From: the human T2T-CHM13v2.0 reference genome, Homo sapiens
Reading direction: 5' to 3' (one strand)
Assembly (NCBI RefSeq): GCF_009914755.1
Contig: NC_060929.1
DNA length: 64,000 nucleotides
Shown here one piece after another: positions 26,826-41,808 of the stretch (the stretch's first letter is position 1; every line of letters starts with the position of its first letter). The position numbers were made by a program, and so were the translations under genes. The notes under the pieces are model-generated. The model was given only the letters and a program-made list of their open reading frames with translations, ran no database searches and was not told the DNA's origin.

Positions 26826-29800
26826 TACTTTTTTCTCTTTTTAAAATTTTATTTCAATAGTTTTTGGGGAACAGGTGGTTTTTAGTTACATAGATAAGTT
26901 CTTTAGTGGTAATGTCTGAGATTTTGGTGCACCCACCAACCAAACTATTTACATTGTACCCAATCTGTAGTCTTTTATTCTTCACCCCCCTACTGCCCTT
27001 CCCTCTGAGTCCCCAAAGTCCATCATATCATTTTTATGCTTTTGTGTCTTCATAGCTTAGCTCCCACTTATAAGTGAGAACATACGATATTTGATTGTCC
27101 ATTCCTGAGTTACTTCACTTAGAATAATGATCTCCAACTCCATCCAGGTTGCTGGAAATGCCATTATTTCATTCCTTTATATGGCTGAGTAGCGTTACAT
27201 GGTGTATATATACTACATTTTCTTTATCCACTCATTGGTTGATGGGCATTTAGGCTGGTTTTATATTTTTGCATTGCAAATTGTACTGTTATAAAAATGC
27301 GTGTGCAACTCTTTCTTATGTTATGACTTCTTTTCTTCTGGGTAGATACCCAGTAGCGGGATTGCTGGATCAAATGGTAGTTCTGCTTTTAGTTCTTTAA
27401 GGAATCCCCACACTATTTTCGATAGTGATTGTACTAGTTTACGTTCCCACCACCAGTGTAAAAGTGTTCATTTTTCACCATATCCACACCAACATCTATT
27501 ATTCTTTGATTATGAAATTATGGCCATTCTTGCAGAAGTAAGGTGGTATCTCATTGTGGTTTTAATTTGCATTTCCCTGATAATTAGTGGTGTCAAGCAT
27601 TTTTTCATATGTTTATTGACTATTTGTATATCTTCTTTTGAGAATTGTCTATTCATGTCCTTAGCCCACTTTTGGATGGGTTTGTTTGTTTTTTTCTTGC
27701 TGATTTGAGTTCCTTGTAGATTCCTCTGTCAGATGCATGGTTTGTGAATATTTTCTCTCACTCGGTGGGTTGTCTATTTAATGTGCTGATTCTTTCTTTT
27801 GCTGTGCATAAGCTTTTTAGTTTAATTAGGTCCCATCTATTTACTTTTGTTTTTGTTGCATTTGCTTTTGGGTTCTTGGTCATGAAGTCTTTGCCTAAGC
27901 CAATTTCTAGAAGAGTTTTTCCAATTTTATCTTCTAGAGTTTTTATGGTTTCAGGTCTTAGACTTAAGGCTTAGATCCATATTAGGTTGATTTTTGTATA
28001 AGATGAGAGATGAAGATCCAGTTTCATTCTTCTATATGTGGCTTGCCAATTATCCCGGCACCATTTTTTAATAGGATGTCCTTCCCCATGTTTTTGTTTT
28101 TGTTTGCTTTGTCAAAGATCAGTTGGCTGTAAGTATTTATTTCTTTATTTCTGGGCTCTCTATTCTGTTCCATTGGTCTACATGCATATTTTTATACCAG
28201 TACCATGCTGTTCTGGGAACTATAGCCTTGTAGTATAGTTTGGATTTGGGCAATGTGACGTCTCCAAATTTGTTCTTTTTGCATAGTATTGCTTTGGCTA
28301 TGCAGGCTCTTTTTTTGGTCCCATATGAATTTTAGAATCGTTTTTGCTAGTTCTGTGAAAAATGATGATGGTATTTTTATGGGAATTGCATTGAATCTGT
28401 TGATTGCTTTTGGCAGTATGGTCATTTTCACAATATTGATTCTACCCATCCATATGAGCACGGGATATGTTTCCATTTGTTTGTGTCATCAGTGATTTCT
28501 TTCAGCAGTGGTCTGTATTGTTTTCCTTGTAGAGCTCTTTCACCTCCTTGGTTAGGTATATTCCTAAGCATTTTATTTTATTTTTTACAGCTATTTTAAA
28601 AGGGATTGAGTTCTTGATTTGATTCTCAGGTTGGTTGGTGGTGGTGTAGAGCAGTGCTGCTGATTTGTGTACATTGATTTTGTATCTTAATAAAATTAAA
28701 TTCATTTATCAGATCTAGGAGCTTTTTGAATAAATCTTTAGGGTTTTCTCAGTATACCGTCATATCATTGGTGAACAGCAACAGTTTGACTTCCTGTTTA
28801 CCTATTTGGATGTCCTTTATTTCTGTCTCTTGTCTGATTGCTCTGGCTAGGACTTTCAGTACTATGTTAAATAGAAGTGGTAAAAGTGGGCAGCTTTTCT
28901 TGTTCTAGTTCTCAGGGGGGAATGTTTTCAACTTTTCCCTGTTTAGTATAATGTTGGCTGTGGGTTTGTCATAGATAGCCTTTTTTATTTTGAGGTATGT
29001 CCCTTCTATGCCAATTTTGCTGAGTGTTTTAATAATAAAGCGATGCTGGATTTTGTCAAATGCTTATTCTGCATCTATTGAGATGATCATATGATTTTTG
29101 TTTTTAATTCTGTTTATGTGATGTATCACATTTATTGATTTGTGTATGTTAAACCATCCCTGGAATGAAATTCACTTGGTCATGTTGTATTACTTTTTGA
29201 GATATGCCATTGGATTTGGTTAGCTAGTATTTTGTTGAGGATTTTTGCATCAGTGTTTATCATGGATATTGCTCTGAAGTTTTCTTTTTTTGTTATGTCC
29301 TTTCCTGGTTTTTGATATTAGAGTGATACTGACTGCATAAAATGATGTAGGGAGGATTCTCTCTTTCTCTATCCTTTGAAATAGTTTCAGTGAGATTGGT
29401 ACCAATTCTTCTTCAAATGTCTGCTAGAATTAAGCTGTGAATCCATCTGGTCCTGGACTTTTTTTGTTGGCAATTTTTAAAAATTAATGTTTCAATCTCA
29501 TTACTTGTTTTTGGTCTGTTCAGGGTTCCTATTTCTTCCTGATTTAATTGAGAAGGGTTGTATATTTCCAGGAATGTATTCTTCTCCTCTTGCTTTTCTG
29601 TTTGTCTGTGTAAAAGTGTTGATAGTAGCCTTGACTGATCTTTTGTATTTCTGTAGTATCAGTTACAATATCTCCTGTTTTATTTCTAATTGAGCTTATT
29701 TGCATCTTCTCTCTTCTTGGTTAATTTTACCAGTGGTCTATCAATTTTATTTGTCTTTTTGAAGAACCAGCTTTTTGTGTCATTTATCTTTTCCATTTTT

Positions 29801-31540
29801 TTGTTTCAATTTCATTTAGTTCTCCTATGGTCTTTGCTATTTTTTTATTATTATTCTGCTGGGTTTGGGTTTGGTTTGTTCCTGTTTCTCTAGTTCATTG
29901 TGGTGTGACCTTGGATTGTAAATTTGTACTCTTTCAGACTTTTTGATGTAGGCATTTAATGCTATGAACCTTCCTCTTAACACCGCTTTTGCTGTATCCC
30001 AGAGGCTTTGATAAGTTGTGTCACTGTTATCATTCAGTTCAAAGAATTTTTAAATTTTCATCTGGATTCCATTGTTTACCTAAAGATCATTTAAGGGCAG
30101 ATTATTTAATTTTCATGTATTTGTATAGTTTTGAGGGATCCTTTTGGAGATAATCTCCAGTTTTATTTCACTGTGGTCTGAGAGGATATTTGATATAATT
30201 TTGATTTTTCTCAAATTTATCAAGACTTGTTTTGTGGCCTATCGTGTGGTCTATCTTGGAGAATGTTCCATGTGCTGATGAATGGAATGTATATTCTGCA
30301 GCGGTTGGTAGAATGTTCTGTAAATATCTGTTCAGTCCATTTGTTCTAGGGTATAGAACAAATTAAGTCCATTGTTTCTCTGTTGACTTCCTTCCTTGAT
30401 GACCTGTCTAGTGCTGTCAGTGGAAAATTGAAATCCTCCACTATTATTGTGTTGCTGTCTATCTCATTTCTTAGGTCTAGTAGTAATTGTTTTATGAATT
30501 TGGGTGTGAAGTGCATATATATTTAGGATTGTAATATCATCCTGTTGGACTAATCCTTTTCTAATTATAAAATGTTCCTCTTTGTCTTTCTTTCTTTTTT
30601 TTTTCTATTGTTGCTTTAGAGTCTGTTTTTTTTTTTTTTTTTCTGAGATAAGAATAGCTACCCCTGCTCACTTTTGGTTTCCATTTGCATGGAATATTTT
30701 TTTCCACTCCTTTACCTTAAATTTATGCGAGTCCTTATGTGTTAGGTGAGTCTCTTGGAGACAGAAGATACTTGGTTGATGGATTTTTATCCATTCTGCC
30801 TTTCTGTATCTTTTTAAGTGGAGCATTTAGGCCATTTATATTCAATGTTAGTATTGAGATATGAGGTGCTGTTCTATTCATCATGCTAGTTGGTGCCTAA
30901 ATACCTTGTTTTTGTTCATTGTGTTATTGTTTCTTAGGCCCTGTGAGATTTATGCTTTAATGATGTTTTGTTTTGGTGTATTTTAAGGTTTTGTTTCAAG
31001 ATTTAGAACTCTTTTTAGCATTTCTTGTAGTGCAGGCTTGGTTTTGACAAATTGTTTGAACATTTCTTTTTGTCATAAAAAGACTATCTCTCCTTCATTT
31101 ATAAAGCTTAGTTTTGCTGGATACAAAATTCTTGATTAACAATTATTTTGTTTAAAAAGGCTATAGATAGGACCCCAATCCTTCCTGGCTGATAAGGTTT
31201 CTGCTGACAAATCTGCTGTTAATCTGATAGGTTATCCTTTATAGATACCTGATTCTTTTGTCTCACAGCTTTTTAAAGGTTCTTTCCTTCACCTTGATTT
31301 TAGATAACCTGATGACTATGGCCTAGGTGATGATATTTTTGAAATGAATTTCACAGGAGTTCTTGGAGCTTCTTGTATTTGGATATCTAGATTTCTAGCA
31401 ATGCCAGGGAAGTTTTCCTCAGTTATTCCGGCAAATAAGTTTTCTGAACTTTTAGATTTCCCTTCTTCCTCAGGAACACCAATTATTCTTAGGTTTGGCT
31501 GATTAACATAATCCCAAATTTCTTAGAGGCTTTGTTGAAT
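26826..31540 (-). mobile_element. L1PB (L1PB1-like): 3'UTR, ORF2 and part of ORF1
   Basis: 3' end atttcaatagtttttggggaacaggtggttttt...gataagttctttagtgg. ORF2 fragments at 28192-28476 and 28502-28705. Confidence 0.85.
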
Positions 31541-31544
31541 TATT

Positions 31545-34500
31545 ATTTTTCTTTTTCTGTTTTTAATATACTTTAAGTTCTGGGGTACATATGCAGAACA
31601 TGCAGGTTTGTTACATAGGTATACACATGCCATGGTGGATTGCTATACCCATCAACTCGTCATCTACATTAGGTATTTCTCCTAATGCTATCCCTCCCCT
31701 AGCCCCCCACCCCCTGACAGGCCCAAGTATGTGATGTTCCTCTCCCTGTGTCCATGTATTCTCATTGATCAACTCCCACTTATGAGTGAGAACATGCAGT
31801 GTTTGGTTTTCAGTTCTTGTGTTAGTTTGCTGAAAATGATGGTTTCCAGCTTCATCCATGTCCCTGTGAAGGACATGAACTCATCCTTCTTTATGGCTGC
31901 ATAGTATTCCATGGTGTATATGTGCCACATTTTCTTAATCCGGTCTATCATTGATGGGCATTTGGGTTGGCTTCAAGTATTTGCTATTGCGAACAGTGCT
32001 GCAATAAACATATGTGTGCATGTGTCTTTATAGTAGAAGTATTTATAATCCTTTGGGTATATACCCAGTAATAAGATTGCTGGGTCAAATGGTATTTCTA
32101 GTTCTAGATCCTAGAGGAATTGCCACACTGTTTTCCAAAATGATTGAACTAATTTACATTCCCACCAATGGTGTAAAAGCATTCCTGTTTCTCCACATCC
32201 TCTCCAGCATCTGTTCTTTCCTGACATTTTAATAATCGCTATTCTAACTGACATGAGATGATATCTCATTGTGGTTTTGATTTGCATTTCTCTAATGACC
32301 ATGATGATGAGCTTTTTTTTCATAAGATTGTTGGCTGCATAAATGTCTTCTTTTGAGAAGTGTCTGTTCATATCTTTTGGCCACTTTTTGATGGGGTTGT
32401 TTGTTTTTTTCTTGTAAATTTGTTTAAGTTCCTTGTAGATTCTGGATATTAGCCCTTTGTCAGATGGATAGATTGCAAAAATTTTCTCCCATTCTGTAGG
32501 TTGCCAGTTTACTCTGATGATTGTTTATTTTGCTGTGCAGAAGCTCTTTAGTTTAATTAGGTCTCATTTGTCAATTTTGGCTTTTGTTGCCATTGCTTTT
32601 GGTGTTTTAGTCATGAAGTCTTTGCCTATGCCAATGTCCTGAATGGTATTGCCTAGGTTTTCTTCTAGGGTTTTTATGGTTTTAGGTCTTATGTTTAAGT
32701 CTTTAATCCATCTTGAGTTAATTTTTGTATAAGGTATAAGGAACGAATCCAGTTTCAGCTTTCTGCAAATGGCTAGCCAGGTTTCCCAACACCACTTATT
32801 AAATAGAGAATCCTTTTCCCATTGCTTTTTTTTTTGTCAGGTTTGTCAAAGATCAGATGGTTGTAGATGTGTGGTGCTATTTCTGAGGCCTCTGTTCTGT
32901 TCCATTGGTCTGTATATCTGTTTTGGTACCAGTACCATGCTGTTTTGGTTAGTGTAGCCTGGTGGTATAGTTTGAAGTCAGGTAGCATGATGCCTCCAGC
33001 TTTACTTTTTTTTTTTTTTTTTCCTTAGGAGTGTCTAGGCTATGCAGGCTGTTTTTTGGTTTAATATGAAATTTAAAGTAGTTTTTTCCAATTCTGTGGA
33101 GAAAGTCAATGGTAGCTTGATGGGGATAGCATTGAATCTATAAATTACTTTGGGCAGTATACCCATTTTCACGATATTGATTCTTTCTATCCATGGGCAT
33201 GGAGTTTTTTCCATTTGTTAGTGTCCTCTCTTATTTCCTTGAGCAGTGGTTTGTAGTTCTCCTTGAAGAGGTCCTTCACCTTGTAAGTTGTATTCTTAGG
33301 TATTTTATTCACTTTCTAGCAATTGTAAGTGTGAGTTCACTCATGATTTGGCTCTCTGTTTGTCTGTTATTGGTGTATAGGAATGCTTGTGATTTTTGCC
33401 GTTGATTTTATATCCTGAGACTTTGCTGAAGTTGCTTATCAACGTAAGAAGATTTAGGACTGAGACAACTGGGTTTTCTAAATATACAATCATGTCATCT
33501 GCAAACAGAGACAATTTGACTTCTTCTTTTTCTAATTGAAAACCCTTTATTTCTGTCTCTTGCCTGATTGCCCTGGCCAAAGCTTCCAATACTATGCTGA
33601 ATAGGAGTGGTGAGAGAGGGCATCCTTATGTTGTGCTGGTTTTCAAAGGGAATGCTTCCAGTTTTTGCCCATTCAGTATGACATCGGTTGTGGGTTTGTC
33701 ATAAATAGCTCTTATTATTTTGAGATATGTTCCATCAATATCTAGCTTATTGAGAGTTTTTAGCATGAATGGGGTGTTGAATTTTGTTGAAAGGTTTTTC
33801 TGCATCTATTGAGATAATCAGGTGGTTTTTGTCATTGGTTCTGTTTATGTGATGGATTACTTTTATTGATTTGTGTATGTGGAACCAGCCTTGCATCCCA
33901 GGGATGAAGCTGACTTGATCATGCTGGATAAACTTTTTGATGTGCTGCTGGATTCAGTTTGCCAGTATTTTATTGAGGATTTTTCCATTTATATTCACCA
34001 GGAATATTAGCCTGAAATTTTCTTTTTTTGTTATGTCTCTGCCAGGTTTTGGTATCAGGATGATGTTGGCCTCGTAATATGAGTTAGGGAGGATTCTCTC
34101 TTTTTATATTGTTTGGTATAGTTTCAGAAGAAATGGTACCAGCTCTTCTTTGTACCTCTGGTAGATTTCGGCTGTGAATCTGTCTGGTCCTGGACTTTTT
34201 TGGTTGGTAGGCTATTAATTACTGCCTCAATTCAGAACTTGTTATTGGTCTATTCAGAGATTTGGCTTCTTCCTGGTTTAGTCTTGAGAGGGTGTATGTG
34301 TCCAGGAATTTATCCATTTCTTCTAGATTTTCTAGTTTATTTGTATAGAGGTGTTTATAACATTCTGTGATGGTAGTTTGTATTTCCGTGGGATTAATGG
34401 TGATATTCCCTTTATCATTTTTTTTTGCATGTATTTAATTCATCTCTCTTTTCTTTATTAGTCTGACTAGGGTTCTATTTTGTTAATCTTAAAAAAAAAA

Positions 34501-37500
34501 CCCAGCTCCTGTATTTATTGATTTCTTGAATGGTTTTTCGTTTGTCTATCTCCTTCAGTTCTGCTCTGATCTTAGTTATTTCTTGTCTTCTGCTAGCTTT
34601 TGAATTTGCTTGCTCTTGCTTGTCTAGTTCTTTTAATTGTGATGTTAGGGTGTCAATTTTAGATCTTTCCTGCTTTCTCTTGTGGATATTTAGTGCTATA
34701 TATTTCCTCCTCTGCACTGCTTTAAATGTGTCCCAGAGATTCTGGTATATTGTGTCTTTGTTCTCATTGGTTTCAAAGAACATCTTTATTTCTGTCTTCA
34801 TTTTGTTATTTACCCAGCAGTCATTCAGGAGCCGATTGCTCAGTTTCCATGTAGTTGTGCAGTTTTTAGTGAGTTTCTTAATACTGAGTTCTAATTTGAT
34901 TGCACTGTGTTCTGAGACACTGTTTGTTATGATTTCTCTTCTTTTGCATTTGCTGAGGAGTGTTTGACTTCCAGTTATGTGGCCAATTTTAGAATAAGTG
35001 CAATGTGGTGTTGAGAAGAATGTATATTCTGTTGATTTGGGGTGGAGAGTTCTGTAGATGTCTATCAGGTCTGCTTGGCCCAGAGCTGAGTTCAAGTCCT
35101 GGATATCCTTGTTAATTTTCCAATATTGACAGAAATATTGGGGTGTTAAAGTCTCCCATTATTATTGTGTGGGAGTCTAAGTCTCTTTGTAGGTATCTAA
35201 GAACTTGCTTTATGAATCTGGGTTCTCCTGTAATAGGTGCATATATATTTAGGATAGTTAGCTGTTCTTGTTACATTGATCCCTTTTACCATTCTGTAAT
35301 GCCCCTTTTTGTCTCTTTTGATCTTTGTTGGTTTAAAGTCTGTTTTATCAAAGACTAGGATTTCAACATCCCCCCCTTTTTTTTCTTTCCATTTGCTTGG
35401 TAACTTTTCCTCCATCCCTTTATTTTGAGCCTATGTGTGTCTTTGCATGTGAGATGGGTCTCCTGAGTACAGCACACCCATGGGACTTGACTATTTATCC
35501 AATTTGCCAGTCTGTTTCTTTTAATTGGGGGCATTTAGTGCAGGTACATTTAAGGTTAATATTATTATTTGATCATGTCATCATGATGCTAGCTGGTTAT
35601 TTTGCCTGTTAGTTGATTCAGTTTCTTCATAGTGTCAATGGTCTTTACAATTTGGTATGTTTTTGCAGTTGTTGGTACCAGTTGTTCCTTTCCATGTTTA
35701 GTGCTTCCTTCAGGAGCTCTTGTAAGGCAGGCCTGGTGGTGACAAAATCTCTCAGCGTTTGCTTGTCTGTAAAGGATTTTGTTTCTCCTTTGCCTATGAA
35801 GCTTAGTTTGGCTGGATATGAAATTCTGGGTAAATTCTTCCCTTAAGAATGTTGAATATTGGCCCCACTCTCTTCTGGCTTGCAGGGTTTCTGCAGAGAG
35901 ATCTGCTGTTAGTCTAATAGGCTTCCCTTTGTGGATAACCTGACTTTTCTCTCTGGCTACCCTTAACATTTTTTCCTTCATTTCAACCTTGGTGAATCTG
36001 ATGTTTATGTGTCTTGGGGTTGCTCTTCTCGAGGAGTATCTTTGTGTTGTTCTCTGTATTTCCTGAATTTGAATGTTGGCCTGTCTTGCTAGGTTGGGAA
36101 AGTTCTCCTGGATAATATCCTGAAGAGTGTTTTCCACCTTTGTTCCATTTTCCCCATCACTTTCAGGTACACCAATCAAACATAGGTTTGGTCTTTTCAC
36201 ACAGTCACATATTTCTTGGAGGCTTTGGTTCATTCCTTTTCATTCTGTTTTTTCTAACCTTCTCTTCCTGCTTTATTTCATTAAGATGATCCTCAATCTC
36301 TGATATCCTTTCTTCTGCTTGATCGATTTGGCTATTGATGCTTGTGTATGCTTCATGATGTCCTCGTGCTGTGTTTTTCAGCTCTATCAGGTCATTTATA
36401 TTCTTCTCTAAACTGGTTATTCTAGTTAGCAATTCATCTAACCTTTTTTCAAATTTCTTAGCTTTCTTGCTTTTGGTTAGAACATGCTTCTTTAGCTTGA
36501 AGGAGTTTGTTATTACCCACCTTCTGAAGCCTACTCTGTCACTTCATCAAACTCATTCTCCATCCAGTTTTATTCTCTTGCTGGAGAGGAGTTGTGATCT
36601 TTTGGAGAAGAGACTTTCTGGTTTTGGGAATTTTTAGCATTTTTGTGCTGGTTTCTCCCCATCTTCATGGATTTATCTCCAAAGATTTATCAAATACCAA
36701 AGTCTTTGATGTGGTGACCTTTGGATTGGGTTTTGTTGTGAATGTCCTTTTTGTTGATGTTGATGCTATTCCTGTTTGTTAGTTTTCCTTCTACCAGTCA
36801 GGCCCCTCTGCTGCAGGTCTGCTGGAGTTTGCTGGAGGTCCACTCCAGACCCTGTTTGCCTGGGTATCACCAGTGGAGGCTGCAGAACAGCAAAGATTGC
36901 TGCCTGTTCCTTCCTCTGGAAGCTTTGTCCCAGAGGGGCACCTGCCAGATGCCAGCCAGAGCTCTCCTGTATGAGGTGTTTGTCAACCCCTGCTGGGAGG
37001 TGTCTCCCAGTCAGGATTCACGGGGGTCAGGGACCCACTTGAGGAGGCAGTCTGTCCCTTAGAAGAGCCCAAGAACTGTGCTGGCAGCTCTGCTGCTCTC
37101 TTCAGAGCTGTCAGGCAGGAACATTTAAGTCTGCTGAAGCTGCACCCACAGCCGCCCCTTCCCCTAGGTGCTCTGTCCCAGGGAGATGAGAGTTTGATCT
37201 ATAAGCCCTGAGTGGGGCTGCTACCTTTCTTTCAGAGATGCCCTGCCCAGAGAGGAGGAATCTAGAGAGGCAGTCTGGCTACAGCGGCTTTGCCAGGCTG
37301 TGATGGGCTCTGCCCAGTTCAAACTTCCTGGTGGCTTTATTTATAACGTGTGGGGAAAACCACCTACTCAAGCCCCAGAAATGGCGGACACCTCTCCCCC
37401 CACCAAGCTGGAGCATCTCAGGTCAACTTTAGACTGCTGTGCTGGCAGCGAGAATTTCAAACCAGTGGATCTTATCTTGCTGGTCTCTGTGGGGGTGGGA

Positions 37501-38015
37501 TCCACTGAGCTAGACCACTTGGCTCCCTGGCTTTAGCCCCCTTTCCAGGGGAGTGAACAGTTCTGTCTTGCTGACATTCCAGACACCACTGGGGTATGAA
37601 AAGGAACTCCAGCAGCTAGCGCGGTGTCTGCCCAAATGGCCGCCCGGTTTTGTGCTTGAAACCCAGGGCCCTGGTGGCATAGGCACCACAGAGAATCTGC
37701 TGGTCTGAGGGTTGTGAAGACCATGGAAAAAGCATAGTATCTGGGCTGGAATGCACTGTTCCTCACAGCACAGTCCCTCATGGCTTCCTTTGGCTAGGGG
37801 AGGGAGTTCCCCGATCCCTTGCACTGCCTAGGTGAGGCAACACCCCACCCTGCTTCTGCTCACCCTCTGTGGGCTATAGACACTGTCTAATCAGTCCCAA
37901 TGGGATGAGCCAGGTACCTCAGTTGGAAATGCAGAAATCACCCGCCTTCTGCATTGATCTCACTGGGAACTGCAGACCAGAGCTGTCTCTATTTGGCCAT
38001 CTTACCAGCCACCCT
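31545..38015 (-). mobile_element. Full-length LINE-1 (L1PA7/8-like), ORFs disrupted
   Basis: ORF1p fragments at 35589-36233 and 36205-36432, EN at 34475-35095, RT at 33341-33589 (LFADDMIVY), and a 5'UTR ending in gccatctt at 37996-38003. Confidence 0.94.
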
Positions 38016-38165
38016 CTACTCAATATTTTTAGAATTTAATATTTTCGACGGACTAATATATGCTCATTTTTTCTGAATATTTCAAGTAATCTTGTAAAGG
38101 TTGATTTTCTGTTCTCTGATTATAGAATGCATATCTGCAAATTATGCCTTTTAATAATATTTAGT

Positions 38166-38470
<305 letters not shown>

Positions 38471-39077
38471 ATTTAGGTCTTCTATGTTCTTATTTTTTTC
38501 TCACTCCCTTAATGCAGTGAAGGAAAGAAGCCTGCAAACACAGAGAATCAGAAGCAAGAGCATACAGAGAGGGTCCTCATGGTATTAATCTCAATACCAT
38601 TTCCACCATTCTTCATTACTGCCATCGTTTTTACATGGCAATTATTTTCTATTTGGTGCTTAGCGATTTCAAAATGGATTTCTGTCACTTACAATAAGAG
38701 CATTGATTATGACAATATTCCAGTTCACTAATATTTTCCCTAGCTTTAGTACTTGCTAATCTGTATTTTCTCTTTCCTTCGATAATTTGTTCTTTTCCTT
38801 TTGAATTAAATATAATTTCGCAAAGCGCCTCAAATTACCTGTGAAAGGAAGCAAGCTATAAACCTGAACATAATATCAAATAACTCCAAATATAATACTT
38901 TTTCCCCTCTGCTGCAGCTGCCTGTCATGGTAGTCTGTGATATATAGAAAAGGTAACTCAGTTTCTGTAGTCTTTGATTCAACATTCAAAGGAGGCTGTG
39001 ATACATTTTTTAAAGGTTTACTTTTAAAATGGTTAAAATAAGCAGTTTCCAATGGAGTAAATACTAAGCCTCAGTTA

Positions 39078-39347
<270 letters not shown>

Positions 39348-39364
39348 TTAGTACTGGTATTTTT

Positions 39365-41425
39365 AAAAAATTCAACATCTTTATTTAGGTTTAATTGCCA
39401 TAAGATAAATACGTGCCACAAAATAGTAAGTGGCACATATTTAAAGTATGCATTTTGAAAATTTTGACATGCATAAACCTGTAAAACTATCACCTGAATC
39501 AAAATAATAAACCTATCCATTACCCCTAAAGTTTCCTCATGCCACTTTATAATTCCTCCATCTTGTTCATTTCCTTACCCAGCATCCCAATGGGAAACAA
39601 CCACTGATCTGCTTTCTGTCACTATAGATTAATTTTCACTTTCTAGAACTTTCTATAAATGGAAGCATACATAATGTACTTTTTGTTGGGCTTCTTTCAT
39701 TCTGTGTAATTATCCTGAAATTCCTCTATGTTGTTGCATGTTATCAGTAACTCATTTTTATTGAAGAGTAGTATTTAATTGTATGGATATGTCATAGTTC
39801 ACCCATTCATCTGTTGAAGAACATTTGATTTCTTTTTTAGCTACAAAGCTTTTATGAACATTCATGTACAATTCTTTGTGTGGATGTATGCTTTATTTCC
39901 TGAGTAAATACCTAGGAGTCCATGGTCAGTCTATGCAGTCCATTTAATTTTAGCCATTTTAATAGCTGTGTAGCAGTGTCTCATTGTGGTTTTAACTTGC
40001 ATTTTCCTAATCAGTAAGGATGTTGAGCTTCTTTTCCTGTACTGACTGGGTATCCGTATACGTTTTGTAGTGAAGCATTTATGTAAATGATTTATCTTTT
40101 TAAAAATTGAGCTGTTTTCTTATTGACGCTCAAAAATTCTTTATGTATTCTGGATATAAATCCTGTATCAGATATATGATTTGCAAATATTTTCTTCTAA
40201 GCATGCCTGGTTTTTTCATTCTCTAATCAGTGTCTTTGAAGTGCAGAGTTCTTAATTTTGATGAAGTTCTATTTATCAGTTTGTTCCTTTATGGATTGTG
40301 CTTTTGGTGTCACATGAAAGAAATCTTTGTCTAACTTAAAGCCACAAAGGCTTTCTTCTAGAGGTTTTATAACTTTAGCTTTTACATTTATACCTATGAA
40401 CTATTTTGAATTAACTTGTGTATACAGAGTGTAGTTGGGATCAAAGTTTAGTTTTTTACTTATGGACATCCAATTTTTCCAGAAGTATTTGTCAAAATGA
40501 CCATCCTTTCTCCACTGAATTGCCTTTGCACTTTTGTTGAAAATCAGCTGTCTGTGTATGTGTAGTCTTGATTACTGTAGCTTTATAAATCTTGAAATCA
40601 GGTAGTATTAGCCTTGCCACTTCTTCTTTCTGAAAGAAAAACAAAATGGGAAGAGTAACACTACCTGATTTCAAGACTTATAAAGATATTCTAGGTGTTT
40701 TGTGTTTCAATAGAAATTTTAGAATCAGTTTCTCAATTTTTACAAAAAAGTATGCTGGGATTTTGATAGGGATTACAAAATGACACCCTTAACAACACTG
40801 ACTGTTCTGACATATAAATATGGCATGTCTCTCTAGTTACTTCAGTCTTCTTTAATTTCTCTCAATAATGTTTTATAGTTTTCAGTGCATAGGTCTTTCA
40901 CATTTTTGTTATATTTATTCCTAAATACTGCATATTTTTATGGTATTGTTACTGTGTGAGACTAATATAGAGAACTACGACTGATTTTTGGTTATTATTC
41001 ATATTGACCTTGTATTCTGCAACCTTGCTAAATCTACTTATTAGTTCTAGAAACTTTGTAGATTCCATTGGATTTTTTGAGACAGTCAATCATGTCATCT
41101 GTGAACAAGGATAGTTTTGACTCCTATCTTTGCAATCTAGATGCCTTTAGTTTCTTTTTTCTTCTTTATTTCAATAGTTATGAACTTCCAATACACTATT
41201 GAATAGAGCAGATGTTCTTGTTTCTGTTCCTGATCTTTGAAGGAAAGCATCTCCCTTTCACCATTAAGTGGGAATTAGCTGTAGGTTGTTCATAGATGTC
41301 CTTTATCAGATTGAGGAAGTTCCTCTACATTTACTGGGGAGTTTTTTTGTTTGTTTGTTTGTTTGTTTATGAGGAATGGATACCAATATCCATTTGGTAT
41401 CCATTTGTCAAATGCTTTTTCTTAC
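39365..41425 (-). mobile_element. Old L1M (MC/MD-type) 3' portion
   Basis: caaccactgatctgctttctgtcactatagatt, and ORF2 remnants such as LILPDFKIYKATVIK. Confidence 0.75.
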
Positions 41426-41442
41426 TGACCATTAATATCACT

Positions 41443-41808
41443 TGTCTTAGTCTGTTTGGCCTGTTATAACAAAATGCAAAAGGCCGAGTAGCTTATAAAT
41501 AACAGAAATTTATTTCTTATAGTTCTAGAGGCTAAGAAATCCAAGATCAAGGTGCTGACAGACCCGGTATCTGGTGAAGGTCCACTGTCTGGTGCATAGA
41601 TGGTCCCTGATAGCCATGTCCTCACATGGTAGAAGAATGAAGGCAGCTTTCTGGGTCCTCTTTTATAAGGTCACAAATCCCATTAATGGGGACCCCACCT
41701 TTATGATATAATCACCTCCCAAAGGCCCCACCTCCTAATATCATCACATTGGTAATTAGGTTTCAACAAATGAACTTTGAGGGACACAAGCATTCAGACC
41801 ACAGTATC
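41443..41808 (-). mobile_element. MLT1A-like MaLR LTR
   Basis: tgtcttagtctgtttggcctgttataacaaaat...cacaagcattcagaccacagta. Confidence 0.8.

Noticed and set aside
34475-36432. 206-aa and 214-aa ORFs as an active L1
   Set aside because: ORF1 and ORF2 are broken by frameshifts and stops, so the element cannot retrotranspose autonomously.
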